Shown here: positions 26,840 through 48,002 of the stretch, in pieces
Numbering within the stretch: the stretch's first letter is position 1
How the letters are laid out: each line of letters starts with the position of its first letter
From: Cycas panzhihuaensis
Lineage: Eukaryota > Plantae > Cycadophyta
Direction: 5' to 3'
Length of the DNA stretch: 64,000 nucleotides
Assembly (NCBI GenBank): GCA_023213395.1
Contig: CM041465.1
Coordinates: forward strand, 224,075,741 to 224,139,740
Notes under the pieces: generated by a model
Database searches by the model: none
What the model was told of the DNA's origin: nothing
The model's input: only the letters and a program-made list of their open reading frames with translations
Program-made: the position numbers and the translations under genes

Positions 26840-28977
26840 ATTAGACTGAGAGTTTTCTCTCTTTCTCTGGGCTAGACCATGGGCTTGTCATGGTCAAACT
26901 GACATGTTCTATCTGATGTGATGTATAAGGTTTGGGGACCTAGTTAAAACCCCTTCAATTTAATTTTACCTTATCAAAAAAAAAATATTATCCTTGAAAA
27001 TCTTCTCATGTTGCAACAATAATGATTCAAACTCAATAAAAAAGATTTCCTTGGCTTTCTCTAATAAGAAAAAACTCAACACAAAATTCTCATACTTCTT
27101 CAATAGACTTCTTAACACAACAATAATGATATCTTTTTCATTAATGGTCTCTCTAATACTTTTCAATTGATTCTTAATTCCCTTAACTTGTTGGAGATGG
27201 TCAACTATAGAACTAGTCATTCTCAAGTCATACAATTGGTTCTTTAAAATCATTATCATGGTATCATTTTTTGTCTAAAACTAAATGTTGTGGCTTATCT
27301 TTACCTTTTTGCATTTTCCACCAAAGCTCCACTAGTGGACATATTGATTAACTCTAATATGAAGTCATTTTTAACTTCAAATTTCACCTTTTCATCAATG
27401 GAGGTAGTGAGTTCATTCAGTTTAGTTAACTTACCTTCCATATATGGCCATAACCCATTCATACATAATAGACTAGTTATTTAGTACCTCTAGATGCCAA
27501 AGTTTTCTATAGTAACAAGCTTATCTATTTAGGAATTAAACAAATTTCCACTTAGGAAATTAAAAAACAAACAAGAACTACTAAGAAACATAAAAATAAA
27601 TGTTAAATAGCCCAAGAATACTAAACACAATGATATTTTATTATTTTTTATGTTTTTGAGTCTTTGATCATTATACAAAGTGTTATAAAAGCATAAAATA
27701 ACTCAATCATTATGTAGGGAGCTAGAATAAGACCATGGGACCACTATAGAAAAATGTAAAATTGAATTTCAATTAGAACTATGTCCTTAGATTTTGGTTT
27801 GGGTTACTAAAAAAGCCATAAATGGCTTTAACTCCTTATATTCCCATACAATTAAGGGGTTTGGATTTGGGATGTAGCTACCAGAAATGAAAAAATATAA
27901 AACTTAATTAAATGTTTTATAGCTTTAAAAAATTTAAAATTATATTCTAACCATTTTTTCCTTTTCTTAAAAATTTTCAAAGGGTAACGAGCAAAATTTG
28001 ACTGTGTATTTTGCGATTTTGTCAAATTGTTTCACCTTCTCTAAATTGGCATCTTAACTCTAAATGATTTCATCCATCTATGGGTGAAAGCTATATATCT
28101 TAACTTTTATTTTTCATTTATCTCTAACTTTAAATGATCTTATAGCTCAGTGCATATTAACTTTGAATATTATGTGATAATTATAAATAATGCCTTACAT
28201 CTTTTATTATGAATGATATTCACAAGATTTATTCCATTCAATGTTTACCATCATGTTCTCTAATGTTCTTTGAGTTCGTGAAGATTTTCTTAGCTCTCAT
28301 AGGAAATGACATTTAAATAGTTCTTTGCATCTTCATTTAAATTTGAGCTTTAACCCTATAGATAAAGGCATTCTAAACCATGAACTTGCATTGACATCTA
28401 TGCTCCTTTGAGATCAACTCTTCAATGATGAATGCCTTCATGTCATGGCTTTATATCACATACATTCACTAGTACTAAAATTCAAAAAACTACCCTATGA
28501 TCACTAATGTTTACTTTTATGCTTTATGCCCTAACTTGGCACTACCATGAGCTTACAACTCTATAAGAAAATTTGATAAAGCAACGGTCCATAGTCCCTT
28601 TATATTTTTTAATTTATTTTTTGTTTATTTATTCATATAGAAAATGAATACTTTAAGAAAACATATATATAGAGAGAGAAATTAGGAAAAGAAAAAACAC
28701 ACTATAAATTTATAGATAGTTATCTTACAAACCCTAACACTCTAAATTTCTGCACTAATATCTTTATTATTTTAAAATATATATTTTTTAATTCATAATA
28801 GCATACCTAGAAAAATACCCTAGGATTTTATAACTACATATCCTACTTCAAAATTTAAATTGACTCTTAAAATCAAACCTAAACATTCACCTATAAATTC
28901 TTTGAAATTTATCTCTCACTAAATCTTAGATTGAAATTTAATCACAAACCCTTAGTTCACTAGGCTTTAATACCAAA

Positions 28978-29316
28978 TGCAAGTTAAAAACTAGGAATGA
29001 GCTAAGAAAAATTACAAACATAAGACTTTTTTTCAATAGAATTAGTCTATCTTTAAATTTTTTCATTCATTAAGAATTACTCAAAATGCGTATGTATAAA
29101 CCAATATATATATTAATGTAATCAAGATCAGTAGTAATCCAATAATGATTTGTAACCACCCTAACATGTGTTGCACACCTATTATAGAATTATGCAACTC
29201 CTATGACATGTATTATCAATTAAATAATGACCCTATAACTCACCAAAATAACCCAAACACCTATAAGGACTAACAACTGAAGTCTATAACTAATAGAATA
29301 AACATTAATTCTAACA
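28978..29316 (-). repeat. 5' LTR of Copia B (339 bp)
   Basis: TGCAAG...CTAACA termini; PBS TGGTATTAAAGC (minus) at 28964-28975. Confidence 0.9.
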
Positions 29317-29383
29317 TAAATGGGCTTTACAAGGGCCTTAATTCATAAGTGTGTTGATTTATAACATTCTTGTAAACTTAACA

Positions 29384-29386
<3 letters not shown>

Positions 29387-29455
<69 letters not shown>
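29387..29455. repeat. (AT)n microsatellite (~34 units)
   Basis: Pure AT run about 20 bp outside the end of element A. Confidence 0.95.
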
Positions 29456-29456
<1 letters not shown>

Positions 29457-30339
29457 CCTCTAATGTAATAATTATCAATACATTATATGTTATTTAAAGA
29501 AGCATTCCTCTTTTAAGAGGATGCATAATCTATAATACACACACACACACATATAATGTATTGTTTAGTATATTTTAGATAAATAAGGAGGGCTTTTATT
29601 ATTTAAATAATTAAGACTTATATGATTGTTAATATTAAGATTATTCATTTTCATCATTAAAGAGTTAATATTGAAGGATACAATAATATTAAAATTACCT
29701 TGAACACCCTTGTCATAATACTAATACTATTTGTTACCTTTAAACTAACTTAAATCAAATCATTTGGTTTGGCTGCATTAATATTATAATGGGATTATTA
29801 GTAGATTGGTTATTTGTAATCCCTTTTAGTGAGGCATAATAAGTCCAATGTTATTTAAAATCTTAAGATTGACTCATATATATTATTATAAATTATGCAC
29901 TATAGAAATAAGATATATCCAATCTGCATTAATAAACCTATCAAGTTAACACATAAGGCAGTGAGGAGTGGTGTTGAGTATTATGTCTAAATTATATGCA
30001 AAAATGATTTCAACATAAATAAGTAGTGATTTTTTAGTACATTTGTATTATAGGAAGAACAATTATTGCTCTTCTTAAGTTAAAGGATGGGGAGAAATGA
30101 GTATAAAGTATGATTACAATATGATACACTAATCTAAATGCATCATAATATAATATCCCTATCTTATCTACATTTAATAGCCTTTTATATATCAAATCAC
30201 CATAATTATAGGTTAGTAGGTCTATTCTTTATCAAACTAAATGTTATTATGACTAGCCTAGGAGATTATCAGCTCTTGTATACAAAAGTGATTAGGGAAT
30301 AAAGACCTAAGGATATTGAGTTTGGCCTATCTGTTATGT

Positions 30340-31010
30340 AGAAGAGAGATGGCACCCAAGGAAGCTAAAAAGTTTACTTCAAAAGTATTCAATGAGGTGA
30401 ACCTTCTCTCCCTACTATGTCTTTCGATTAGAATGTTTTTGCTTACGTAATGCTTAAGGTTCATTCCAAAACTTTGATAGCTTATTTTATTCACCCTCTT
30501 TAGGAGATTGCTTTAAGATAATGGGTTTAAGAGTCCTTAAAGGCACTTCATTAGAAAGTTAGCTCTATTAGGTTCCTATCTAAAGAGTTCTTCTCATTTA
30601 AATTTGAATCTTCTTAGGCCTTTGAGTATGTTCTCAAAAGAGGCCCTTATATGTGTAGGAGGAACCTTGTCATTTTTAATCAATGGGAACTAGATTTTTT
30701 CAATTGATAAGGTTATTGATTTCAAATAATTTGTGGATTAGGTTCTCTAGTCTCCTTGTATATCTTTAAACTGTTGTTAAGGAGATTATCCAACCTCTAG
30801 GTGAGATTTTTTCTTTAAAACCTCGTCATAAATTTTACCTCAAACTAAAATTAATATTTGTATTAGGGTAGATCTATCAAATAAGTTATCTAAGCACATC
30901 TTGATTTAATGTGCTTAAGAGATGTTAAAGTAGAGGGTCATTTTTCTAAACATCCCCAACACACACTTTCAAATTCTTTCCTTGAAGCACATGATCAAGG
31001 ATTGTCCCTT
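30340..31010 (+). mobile_element. Decayed LINE ORF1 (DUF4283-like) remnant
   Basis: PYMCRRNLVIFNQWELDF, LWIRFSSL, and a knuckle-like SLKHMIKDCP. Confidence 0.6.
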
Positions 31011-31240
31011 GGTCATTTTTGGGCTTGAACAAGCTGTCCATCCTAAAGAGGAAATTTAGGAACCGAATCTTTAACATGAAAATTTATAGATTAAAATACA
31101 TAATATGAAATATTAAATAAGAATGCTAAGGAAAAGGATCCGCATGTGGAAAATAAATGTTCTACTCAAGCTCAAGAGAAATACATGTTGATACCCAAAG
31201 AGGTTATAATGGTAAAGATTCTTGCATGAAGACCATAGTA

Positions 31241-31459
31241 GAGTAGTGAACAAAGCATTCAAGCCATATTGATAATCACATTCAAAACATTATATTATTC
31301 CATATTTCTCAAGAGTACAAATTTTACAAGATGGTGGTGTTGAAGAACACTGGGGGATTTGGCCTCAAAGTTTAAATATTTGAAGTGTTTTCCAAAATTC
31401 CACAAATTTTTGGAGATAAGAAGTGTGCAACTTGCATATTCCCAATGTAATGTTAGGTG
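31241..31459 (+). repeat. Direct repeat, copy 1 (partner 38949-39224)
   Basis: 143-bp block gagtagtgaacaaagcattcaagcc...aaagtttaaatat with about 10 mismatches by eye, plus a second shared ~35-bp block caacttgcatattcccaatgtaat. Confidence 0.9.
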
Positions 31460-32958
31460 GCCATTATAAGAGACTTTAATACATAATCCAAAAGGATTGT
31501 CTTAATGAATAAGTAAGAAGCCTCTTAACCTCGAACGAATAAATGACTTGAAATATGTAATAAATCTATTTTTATAAGAACTTTCAACATGATTTTAATA
31601 TAGATTCCTCTTTAATCAATGAAAAATAATAACTTAGCAATAAAGAATATATATCCTTTCAAAATTAAAAACAACAAATGAATTTACAATATGCAATAAA
31701 TCTCCTTTTAAGCAAGATAAATGTTCTCCTCTTGAATGAAGTAAACAAGTTTCAAATGGTGTTGAATGCACCTTGCTACCATGAAATTCTTTTAAAGCAA
31801 ACTAAATGCACCTTTTAAAAGGAACCTTGATTGATCAATGAGGAGTTAAAAGAGAATTTATTTCACTGTAAAGACATGAAAATATTAAGGATAAATGAGC
31901 AGTGAATGTCCTTCTATATGAGTTCCTTTAAATCCAAGGAAGAATGCAAGGTATACTTATAAAATAATGTTGAAATATATTCCTTTGAATGAATCCTTTA
32001 AAGAGGCAAAAAATGACTTTGAATAAATAGAAAAATATGTCTTAAAGAGCTTTAGAATCAACTCTATAAGCTAGAATATAAAATGACAGCTTTATAATAG
32101 AGTTATAAAGGATTTAAATGCACCAGTTTGATATTTTTATTTCCAAAGAGGCTCCTCCTCTTCAGGAGGCTACATTCAGGCTAAATGGATACAAAAAATA
32201 ATTGTGAGCCTTTAAAATAGACAAAAATCTATCAAGAACAGCTTAGTAGCTCAATATCAAGTAAATATGCTGAGTTAAAATGAAAATTTATTTGAAATAT
32301 TAAGAAATATGTTAAACTAGGATCAAATAGGAGCCTTGACTTTTACCACCTTAAAAAACATAAAAAATAATATTAACTTTTAGTAAAACCTACTTCAACG
32401 TGTAAAGAACTAAGTTACCTTTCTGACAAATCCAATCGTTCAAAAAATAAACTCCTAGATCAAAAGATATAACAAAAATAACACAATGACTTGTTTATTA
32501 AAAAAAAATATAAATGAGGGGGGCTAAGCCCCTTTAGCAAACTGGGCCTTGGTCATATGGGGGTCAAAAAGACCATCTTCTAGGCTTAGAAGGGGGCTAA
32601 TGAACTTTAAAAGTTATAAAATATAATGAAAACTTTTTGAAAAATCAAAATTTATAAAAAAAAGCTTACTGAAATTTCAAGTATGCCCCTTAAACTGTGA
32701 TCGTATGGATAGAAATAGGACCAAGTGCTGACATCGGAGGGGGCTAATCAAAAAACACGCAAAGATGTGAATGTATTATCAATTATAATTAAATTTATTT
32801 AAAACATTTAAAAAATATATAAAAAATGATTAAAATTACATGCTCGTTAATGGGTGACTACAACAGAGGTGAAATCCAAACTAATTATTGATCAAAATCA
32901 ATCAAAATTTGATTGAATCCTTCCACACGACGAGCACCAAGATCATACCAAGATGTAC

Positions 32959-37990
<5,032 letters not shown>

Positions 37991-38948
37991 AAGACATAAA
38001 AAAAGATAACAGGCATAAGATATCATGCTATACTTCGTCAATGATGCACTGCCCCACATACCATCATCACTTGCTCTTCTGCTTATGTACTGGTGTTGCT
38101 AATGGTGACGATAAGTGTTGAGCTAGTTTGGAGATTTTGTAGTACCCTACAAAAACTTAAGACTGCCTATGTCTAGGAGTGGACAAGAGAGATAGATAGA
38201 TAGAGACGAGGTAATGGCCTGTGACACAAGGTGATTCAAATTTGTGTATGTTAGACATTCAATATCTAATGATATGATGAAGCCGAGCTTAGATTTCTTT
38301 TTCATATTCCATAGAAAGATGTTCCAGTAGAAGTGAGCTAAGAATAAGTGAGGCTAAACAATAGATCTGAGTTGTCCCATTCTGTGGCGAGCATTATTAG
38401 AGTAAAAGTAAATTTGGGAACAAATGTATAGTAGTGTACAGGGGCACCATGAGAGTGCAGAGGTGAGGGTGAGCCATGTAGCCACAGACAGAGACAGAGG
38501 GCCAGATACAAGATCGAACCACTCTCGTCAAACCAATTAAGAGGCTAACTAACTACAATCTCTTTGTCCTAGGTCGAACATGGTCTCACAGAGATAGAGT
38601 GTTGCACAAATGCACAGAGAATGTAGGCACAAAAATTCCATAGTAAATGTAGAGAATGCAAAGGAGCCATTGAGACGTAAAGCATGCAAACTTCGCTATG
38701 TAGGCATGGGGAACATACAAAGGTAAAACACTAAACATACATAAGTCTCTTTACATATGGAAGCAAACATAGTGCCTCAAAGAAGAATGGATTTTCTCCA
38801 ATATGATATAATAGACTGAGTGCATATGCAAAACTTGGGAGTTGTGAAATAGAGAACATAAAAGGAGAAATGGAGATAAAGTCACTTTTTATCAGCCAAA
38901 AATAAAGCTTTGATACTAAATGAAGATGTTTACATGGAGAGCAGAGTG

Positions 38949-39224
38949 GAGTAGTGAACAAAGCATTCAAGCCATATTGATAATCACATTCAAAACATTG
39001 CATTATTTCATATTGCTCAAGAGTATAAATTTTATAAGATGGTCGTGTTGAAGAACACTGGGGGATTTTGCCCCAAAGTTTAAATATCTGAGAAGAGGAT
39101 GGGAGCCCTCCTCAACCTTGAATTCAAATTAATATAACATATAAACAACATAACATAAAATAATGATTACCAACTTACCATTATGGCATGTACAACTTGC
39201 ATATTCCCAATGTAATATTAGGTG
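38949..39224 (+). repeat. Direct repeat, copy 2 (partner 31241-31459)
   Basis: Same two blocks as copy 1, with a different spacer between them. Confidence 0.9.
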
Positions 39225-39519
39225 TTGAATATTAACCTTAACAAATGGTTAATAAGGAGAAGGATAAGACATAGGCCTCAAAATCCAAATTTTGTAAACT
39301 ACATCATACAGTCCCAAAGCCTATTTCCTCTTTTGATCTTCTTAAGATTTAAAGGAGTAAGGCTTGAGCTCAGGAATATGGAGAGGATAACTTTATTAGA
39401 TGTAATATTTTGGCCTCTTCCCTAAATGAGGAAGGAGAATATATAGAAGACAAAGAATAGAACAATGATGAATATTATAAGTTGGAACATGTGAGGTCTT
39501 TCTGATCAATTTAAGCATG

Positions 39520-39950
39520 TGTTCATAAAGTTTTATCATAAAATTCCTCAAGTTGATTAATTTTATTTGTAAGAGATTAAATACTCTTGCAAGCATCTTA
39601 GGGCTACTTTATTTTATGTCTAACTTGAATATGTTGACTTCAATAATTATATAGTGAAGGGAAGGGCGGTGTGGTCATAATAGTCAATCCCTCTATTCAT
39701 AATAAGATTATATTATTCAAACTAGACCTAGGAAATATATGTATTTAGATTTTACTTCATATATAGTGTATGGATTTAAGTGTCATTAATATTTATACCC
39801 CAAATATATGGGGATTTCAACATAATTAAATATCCATTTGATAAAATTGACAATAAACCTTTTAAATAGAATAGGGGAAGAAAAGTGTTTAGTAGACTTT
39901 AAAAGATAAATTATCCTTATATGATCCTAATACATATTCCTCCTTTATTT
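39520..39950 (+). mobile_element. Decayed LINE ORF2 endonuclease remnant
   Basis: GRGGVVI, VINIYTPN and GDFNII motifs in order. Confidence 0.55.
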
Positions 39951-39994
39951 GCATGAAGCTAAGGATTTCATTGCTTATCGTGCCCAATAAATAC

Positions 39995-40615
39995 CTTCTT
40001 ATGCTCAATTCATCTTCAAATATGTTTAATTTACTACTTCTATGCTACACCATAAAACTATAACTCTATAAAAATATCACCCACTTAATATGCCTTGCAG
40101 CTAATTTAGCTTGAGAATTAAAACACTTTAGACTTTAATACTCCGTTAATAAAATAAATTCTTTATGTAACAAGTAATGTCTCCAATGGCTTACCATTTG
40201 AACTATGGTATATAACTCTTAATCATAAGTATTATATCTTCTTTTTGCATCATTTGGCTTCTCATTAAAAAATGCTATTAGATTGCCCTCTTAGCTAAGA
40301 ACTCCTCTAATAGATAACCCTAATGCATCACATTCAATAATAAATGTCTTCTTAAAAATTAAAATAGTAAGCATGGGTGCTTCACTTACCTTCTTCTTGA
40401 GTAACTCAATTTTTTTATTTGCTAGTTTTATCCATGTAAGCACCTTTCCATTGATATAATATACTATTAGTATAGAAGGACCACTAAATTTTTTTATAAA
40501 TTTCTTATAAAAGTTTAGATAACTATGAAAACTCCTTACTCTAGTAATGATATAAGGTGTAGGCCACTACAATATGGTTTTGATCTTCTTTAGATCCATG
40601 TTGACGTATTCTTAA
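39995..40615 (-). mobile_element. Gypsy RT connection/RNase H fragment (CRM-like motifs)
   Basis: WPTP...VRSFH...FYKKFIKKFS...IECDALG...IAFFNEK.NDAKRRYNTYD*ELYTIVQ...HWRHYL...ARHIKW. Confidence 0.85.
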
Positions 40616-43600
40616 AAAATGGCATTATTGTTGTCTTATAATATTACACCTTCCTGGGAAAGTGGTAGAACTAGTCTATAAGGGGTTTGAGAATGCAAGC
40701 TTATAGGGACAAATAATGGGAAAGACTCGTTCTAGAATATATCACTTTATATACAAGTATAGGTACAAGCATTTAGAAAGAGGTCCTTTGAAGAGAAAGA
40801 GTACAAGGGTGAATTAATGGGTGATAGGGATGTAAGAGGTTATGATAAATTGCAGGCATGTGGGGAAATGATATTATGGGGATGAACTATGTTAGAAACA
40901 TCTATATGTTTGAATAAATAAATAAATCCTTCAAGGATGAAGTCTTACTGATACAGTATTATCTCTTTGTATTGGGCCTTAGTGATGTTTCTTAGATTAA
41001 AAGGACGCACACCACAAAATATACAAACACACTAACAGTGGTGCAACTAAGATCTTTAAACAATGAAGATATGGAACCCCCTTTTAATTTTATAACAAAG
41101 TTGTATAATTAATTAAACATATAACTATAGGATTATCATGTTACAATATACACATATATGAATTACACCGAGATGTTCAACCCTCTAGCTTATAACACAA
41201 TTACTACCCCCTCACAAGCCTTTGGCTTATAACTCCTCTCAGACACTCCTTAGACCTTAATAGACATCAACCTACTCACTAATTATGCCTTCTTAGGCAT
41301 TTACTCAACACATTAACTCAACATTACATTACTGAGTTATGCAAGAAAATAATGTTACCTTTATTGGCATGGTGTAACCCTAATATAAAACTCAATAAAA
41401 ACTTATGTGATAGCAGCAAAATATTTCCTTAAATCAATAATCTAAATATCTAGATTTTAGATAATTAACACAATGAAGATAATCTTTAAAAAAAATAATA
41501 GAAAATGTAAATTAATTAAAAAGCTAATAAATGAAAGCTAAAATGGCAATCAAATTAGCCCTAAACACCTACATGTCAAAATAGATATTAGCTCATTGTA
41601 ATAAAATAATAAGCATGTACATAATGGATTAGGGGTTCCCTATATGTAAGCACCAAAATTAGGCCTTCATTTAAAAACTAATTTCATACTTAATAATTAT
41701 TTAAAACACCAACTTTATTATGTACAAAATCTAACTCCATACTACTTGTTAAAATACTAACTTCATCGTTAGTTTTAAGATTATTATATAGCACTTATGC
41801 ATTGGTACTAACTTCTCCTCTATGCTACTTCTCTTCTTTACACTCTTGCACTACCTCTATCAATGATTTTATGCATTCTCTTCTCCTTCATCTTATTCTT
41901 CCTTGGCTGCCACACTATAACTATCTTGAACACTACCTTTATACTACCTCGTGATTAATACTTTATGTGTCTTCTTCCTTCTATCAACTCCACACTCTAG
42001 CTCCTCTCTATTGTTCTCCCAAAAGGTCCAACCCACCACACTAAGTAAGCTCTTTATATTTATGCACAACTTGTGAATGGTCTTCTTGCTAATTTCTCTA
42101 GCTTGGCATTATCATTCTCATATATTAGTTGCCTCTATACTTATTATGAATCACCCTCAATTTGGCACTCTGTAGCCTCATCTACATTTGATTTGTGTAT
42201 GTTACTTTCATCCACTCTTATAAATGATGCATCAATCTATATATTCATTTTATTCATCATAGTCCATGTTTTATCCACTTCACACTCCATCACAAGTTAG
42301 GTGAAACCCCCCCTAGTCATCTCCTTGTATTTTGCCCTCTATATAAGGTTGTCTTGCTATATTGCTTAGCTTAGTTACCATGTGTTGTCCACTCATAAAC
42401 TCATACTCTATCCACTTGTTGTTTAACTCATTTTTTCTCTTCATCGTTTTGTCATCTAAATTAATAACCTAGACCTAATCTACGTCTTCATTGAATGGTG
42501 GTTATTCACTCACAAATTATAGATCTATCAATCTATGAGTTGGCTCCCTCATTACTTTAACCTCATAGAATGGCCCAGATTAAATATTATGTCACCATCT
42601 AATGGTTGAAATTCACTCACAATTGATTTGTTTTCCTCTCTATGCTTTGTCATGCAAATTTCTTTATCTATGAGTCTTACCAAGCTTCACCATATGTCAC
42701 TCATCTAATGGATCTTATTTCCTCGTAAATTATAAGTTTTTATATATGTAAGTATATGAGACAAGAAACAATATGAAATATGTTGGATCTTATTTGATAA
42801 GTAGAAGATCCTTGGATTTAAATCTACTACCTACTTTCATGCTTGAGGATGCTTCTAAATTTAATTTTATATGTCTAGGTAGAATGAAAAGGAAGAAAAG
42901 TTATTAACAAAATGGAAACAAAGTTGGAATTTTATTAATAGTCTATGCAATGAGAAAATATGTGAAAGAGATAGTTATTGCAAATGAGATTTATGAGACT
43001 CTATAAAGTTGTCCTAAGTTAATAGTCTATGATGGGGCTTATATGATTAAGGACATAAAGACAAATATTACTTTAGTTTTAAAGTAAGTGAAGATATAAC
43101 ATAGAACTAAATTAACAAGTTTTATGCTATAAAATAATCTAATGGGATATTATTTTAAGTGGATTTTGTGAAAGAAGGACTTTTGGGAAAATAACATAGT
43201 TTTAGATGTCAATTTTAAAACCCCATAGAAAATGCACAGCATCCTAACTTAGTTTCATGTGATGCAAAATTTATGAATCAGAAATCATATGTATTGTATG
43301 AACAACTAAAGGGTTTTGTACCATGTATGGGCATGAATGTGGCATCTTGTAAAGTGGTCTCCTACAATGTGGTGTCCCACAACGTGGTGTCCTATAAATA
43401 TCACCCTTACATGAGATATACCTACAAAAGAGGTAATCACATAAAGTAACATCCTACGCATAAAGAGCATTCTTGAAAATGAATAAATATAAGGAAGGAA
43501 CAATAAACTTAACATCCTACAAAACGAGAGAATGCAAAAAATGATCAATGAGTGAATATGAGGAACAAGTCTATACCCTAATGCTACACATAAAGAATTT

Positions 43601-44052
43601 TACACTCACTACATTATTTTGGAAGCCATTTATTAGATAAGAGGTGATTCAGGAGATCACCTAACCTCCTTAGATATGGATAAGTAGTTCTCTACAGAAC
43701 TATTATGGAAGAACCTATAAAGGACCATATTTTTTGTGATCTAGTTTAAATGGAGTCTTAGAGTGAACATTAAGGACCCTAAACTTATTAAAGAGATACT
43801 ATCCACCAAGTTTACATACTATGATTCACTAAGGTTGGCCTTATTACTATGGTTGGGCAAAAATAAGAAAGGAATAAAGGAATCATCAACTAAGATTTCC
43901 ATGCCAAATAATTGAAGGGTATTATTCCAACAATAGTTAATCGCATTCAAGATATGAAGGAGAGATATAGTATGATAGTTGGCCAATCTTATACTAAAGA
44001 AATAGGTGCATGAAAGTAATTTCATAATCATGTTATAAATATTATATTTTGA

Positions 44053-47371
<3,319 letters not shown>

Positions 47372-47612
47372 CATTACATAATCACTAGTAGTTGGAAAAA
47401 CCCTTGTGAAGGTACCTTTTGCTAGTAAAAGGTAGATGTTAATGTTAACTATTAAAAGGTATACATAGGTTACTTAGGGCCACTAATGAAAATAAAGGCC
47501 AAATGCCTCTCTAATAAGATTCATGGACTAAATGGCCATTGTTATTATTTAAGGCCTTATAGATATACAAGAAGCTAGTTTTTTGAATGAAAAATGGCTA
47601 CCACCTATTTGG

Positions 47613-48002
47613 TGTTAAAACTATGTAATATCACCTTCATTTCGTTTTACTATATGTTACTTTTATGTTCATTATATAATCCTAAGGTGACCCTAATGTA
47701 AATTTAATGATATCATATAATTTGGTCAGGTCCACTACATGTGCCACTTAGTTGACCAATTGTAATTCTCAAAATATTAATAAGTTACTTATAAATTAAG
47801 CCTTATCATTATTTTGTACAAAATATTAAAGGTTATGCAAAAGCTGTACCTAAATTAAGCCTCATGTGGTGATAAATTTACCTATGCTCTTTGATATACT
47901 ATTGTTCTACTCATGTTTTACTTATTTCCTACATTATTTTGTTAATTTAAATTGATACTTGATTAGGAGCTCATGATTTTTAGATCTTGAAGTTTTTTAG
48001 AA
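47613..48002 (+). repeat. 5' LTR of Copia D (390 bp)
   Basis: Colinear with 53488-53879; followed by PBS TGGTATTAGAGC. Confidence 0.9.

Larger units (their letters stand above)
20612..26983 (+). mobile_element. Near full-length L1-clade LINE with RNase H, inserted in the gag of Copia B
   Basis: 15-bp TSD AATATTATCCTTGAA at 20597-20611 and 26984-26998. Poly(A) from 26976. Excising it rejoins Copia gag (KIFKDNI|VGESFGG). Much more GC-rich than its host. Confidence 0.95.
16116..29316 (-). mobile_element. Ty1/Copia LTR retrotransposon B (decayed, most of RT/RNase H missing)
   Basis: LTRs at 16116-16451 and 28978-29316. TSD TAAAT at 16111-16115 and 29317-29321. PBS at 28964-28975, PPT tttaagggggag. 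Domain order gag (UBN2-like, 26966-27500), CCHC (~20440-20490), protease (~20270), integrase (~19200-19700), RT start (WVYKTKYK...[10 protein letters not shown], ~18440-18540), RNase H tail (~16480-16550). Confidence 0.9.
12905..29366 (-). mobile_element. Gypsy/chromovirus-derived LTR element A (non-autonomous), host of nested Copia B
   Basis: LTRs at 12905-13186 and 15878-16115+29322-29366. TSD TTCTT at 12900-12904 and 29367-29371. PBS at 15864-15875, PPT at 13187-13198. Gag remnant (WLMKVNTYF...HLSNKAFHW) and chromodomain remnant (LVKWKDIDIKDVIW). Confidence 0.9.

Noticed and set aside
42780-44030. Possible Gypsy integrase tail (GAYMIKD) and a 15-bp x3 repeat near 43354-43400
   Set aside because: Only one short motif; element limits and identity cannot be supported.
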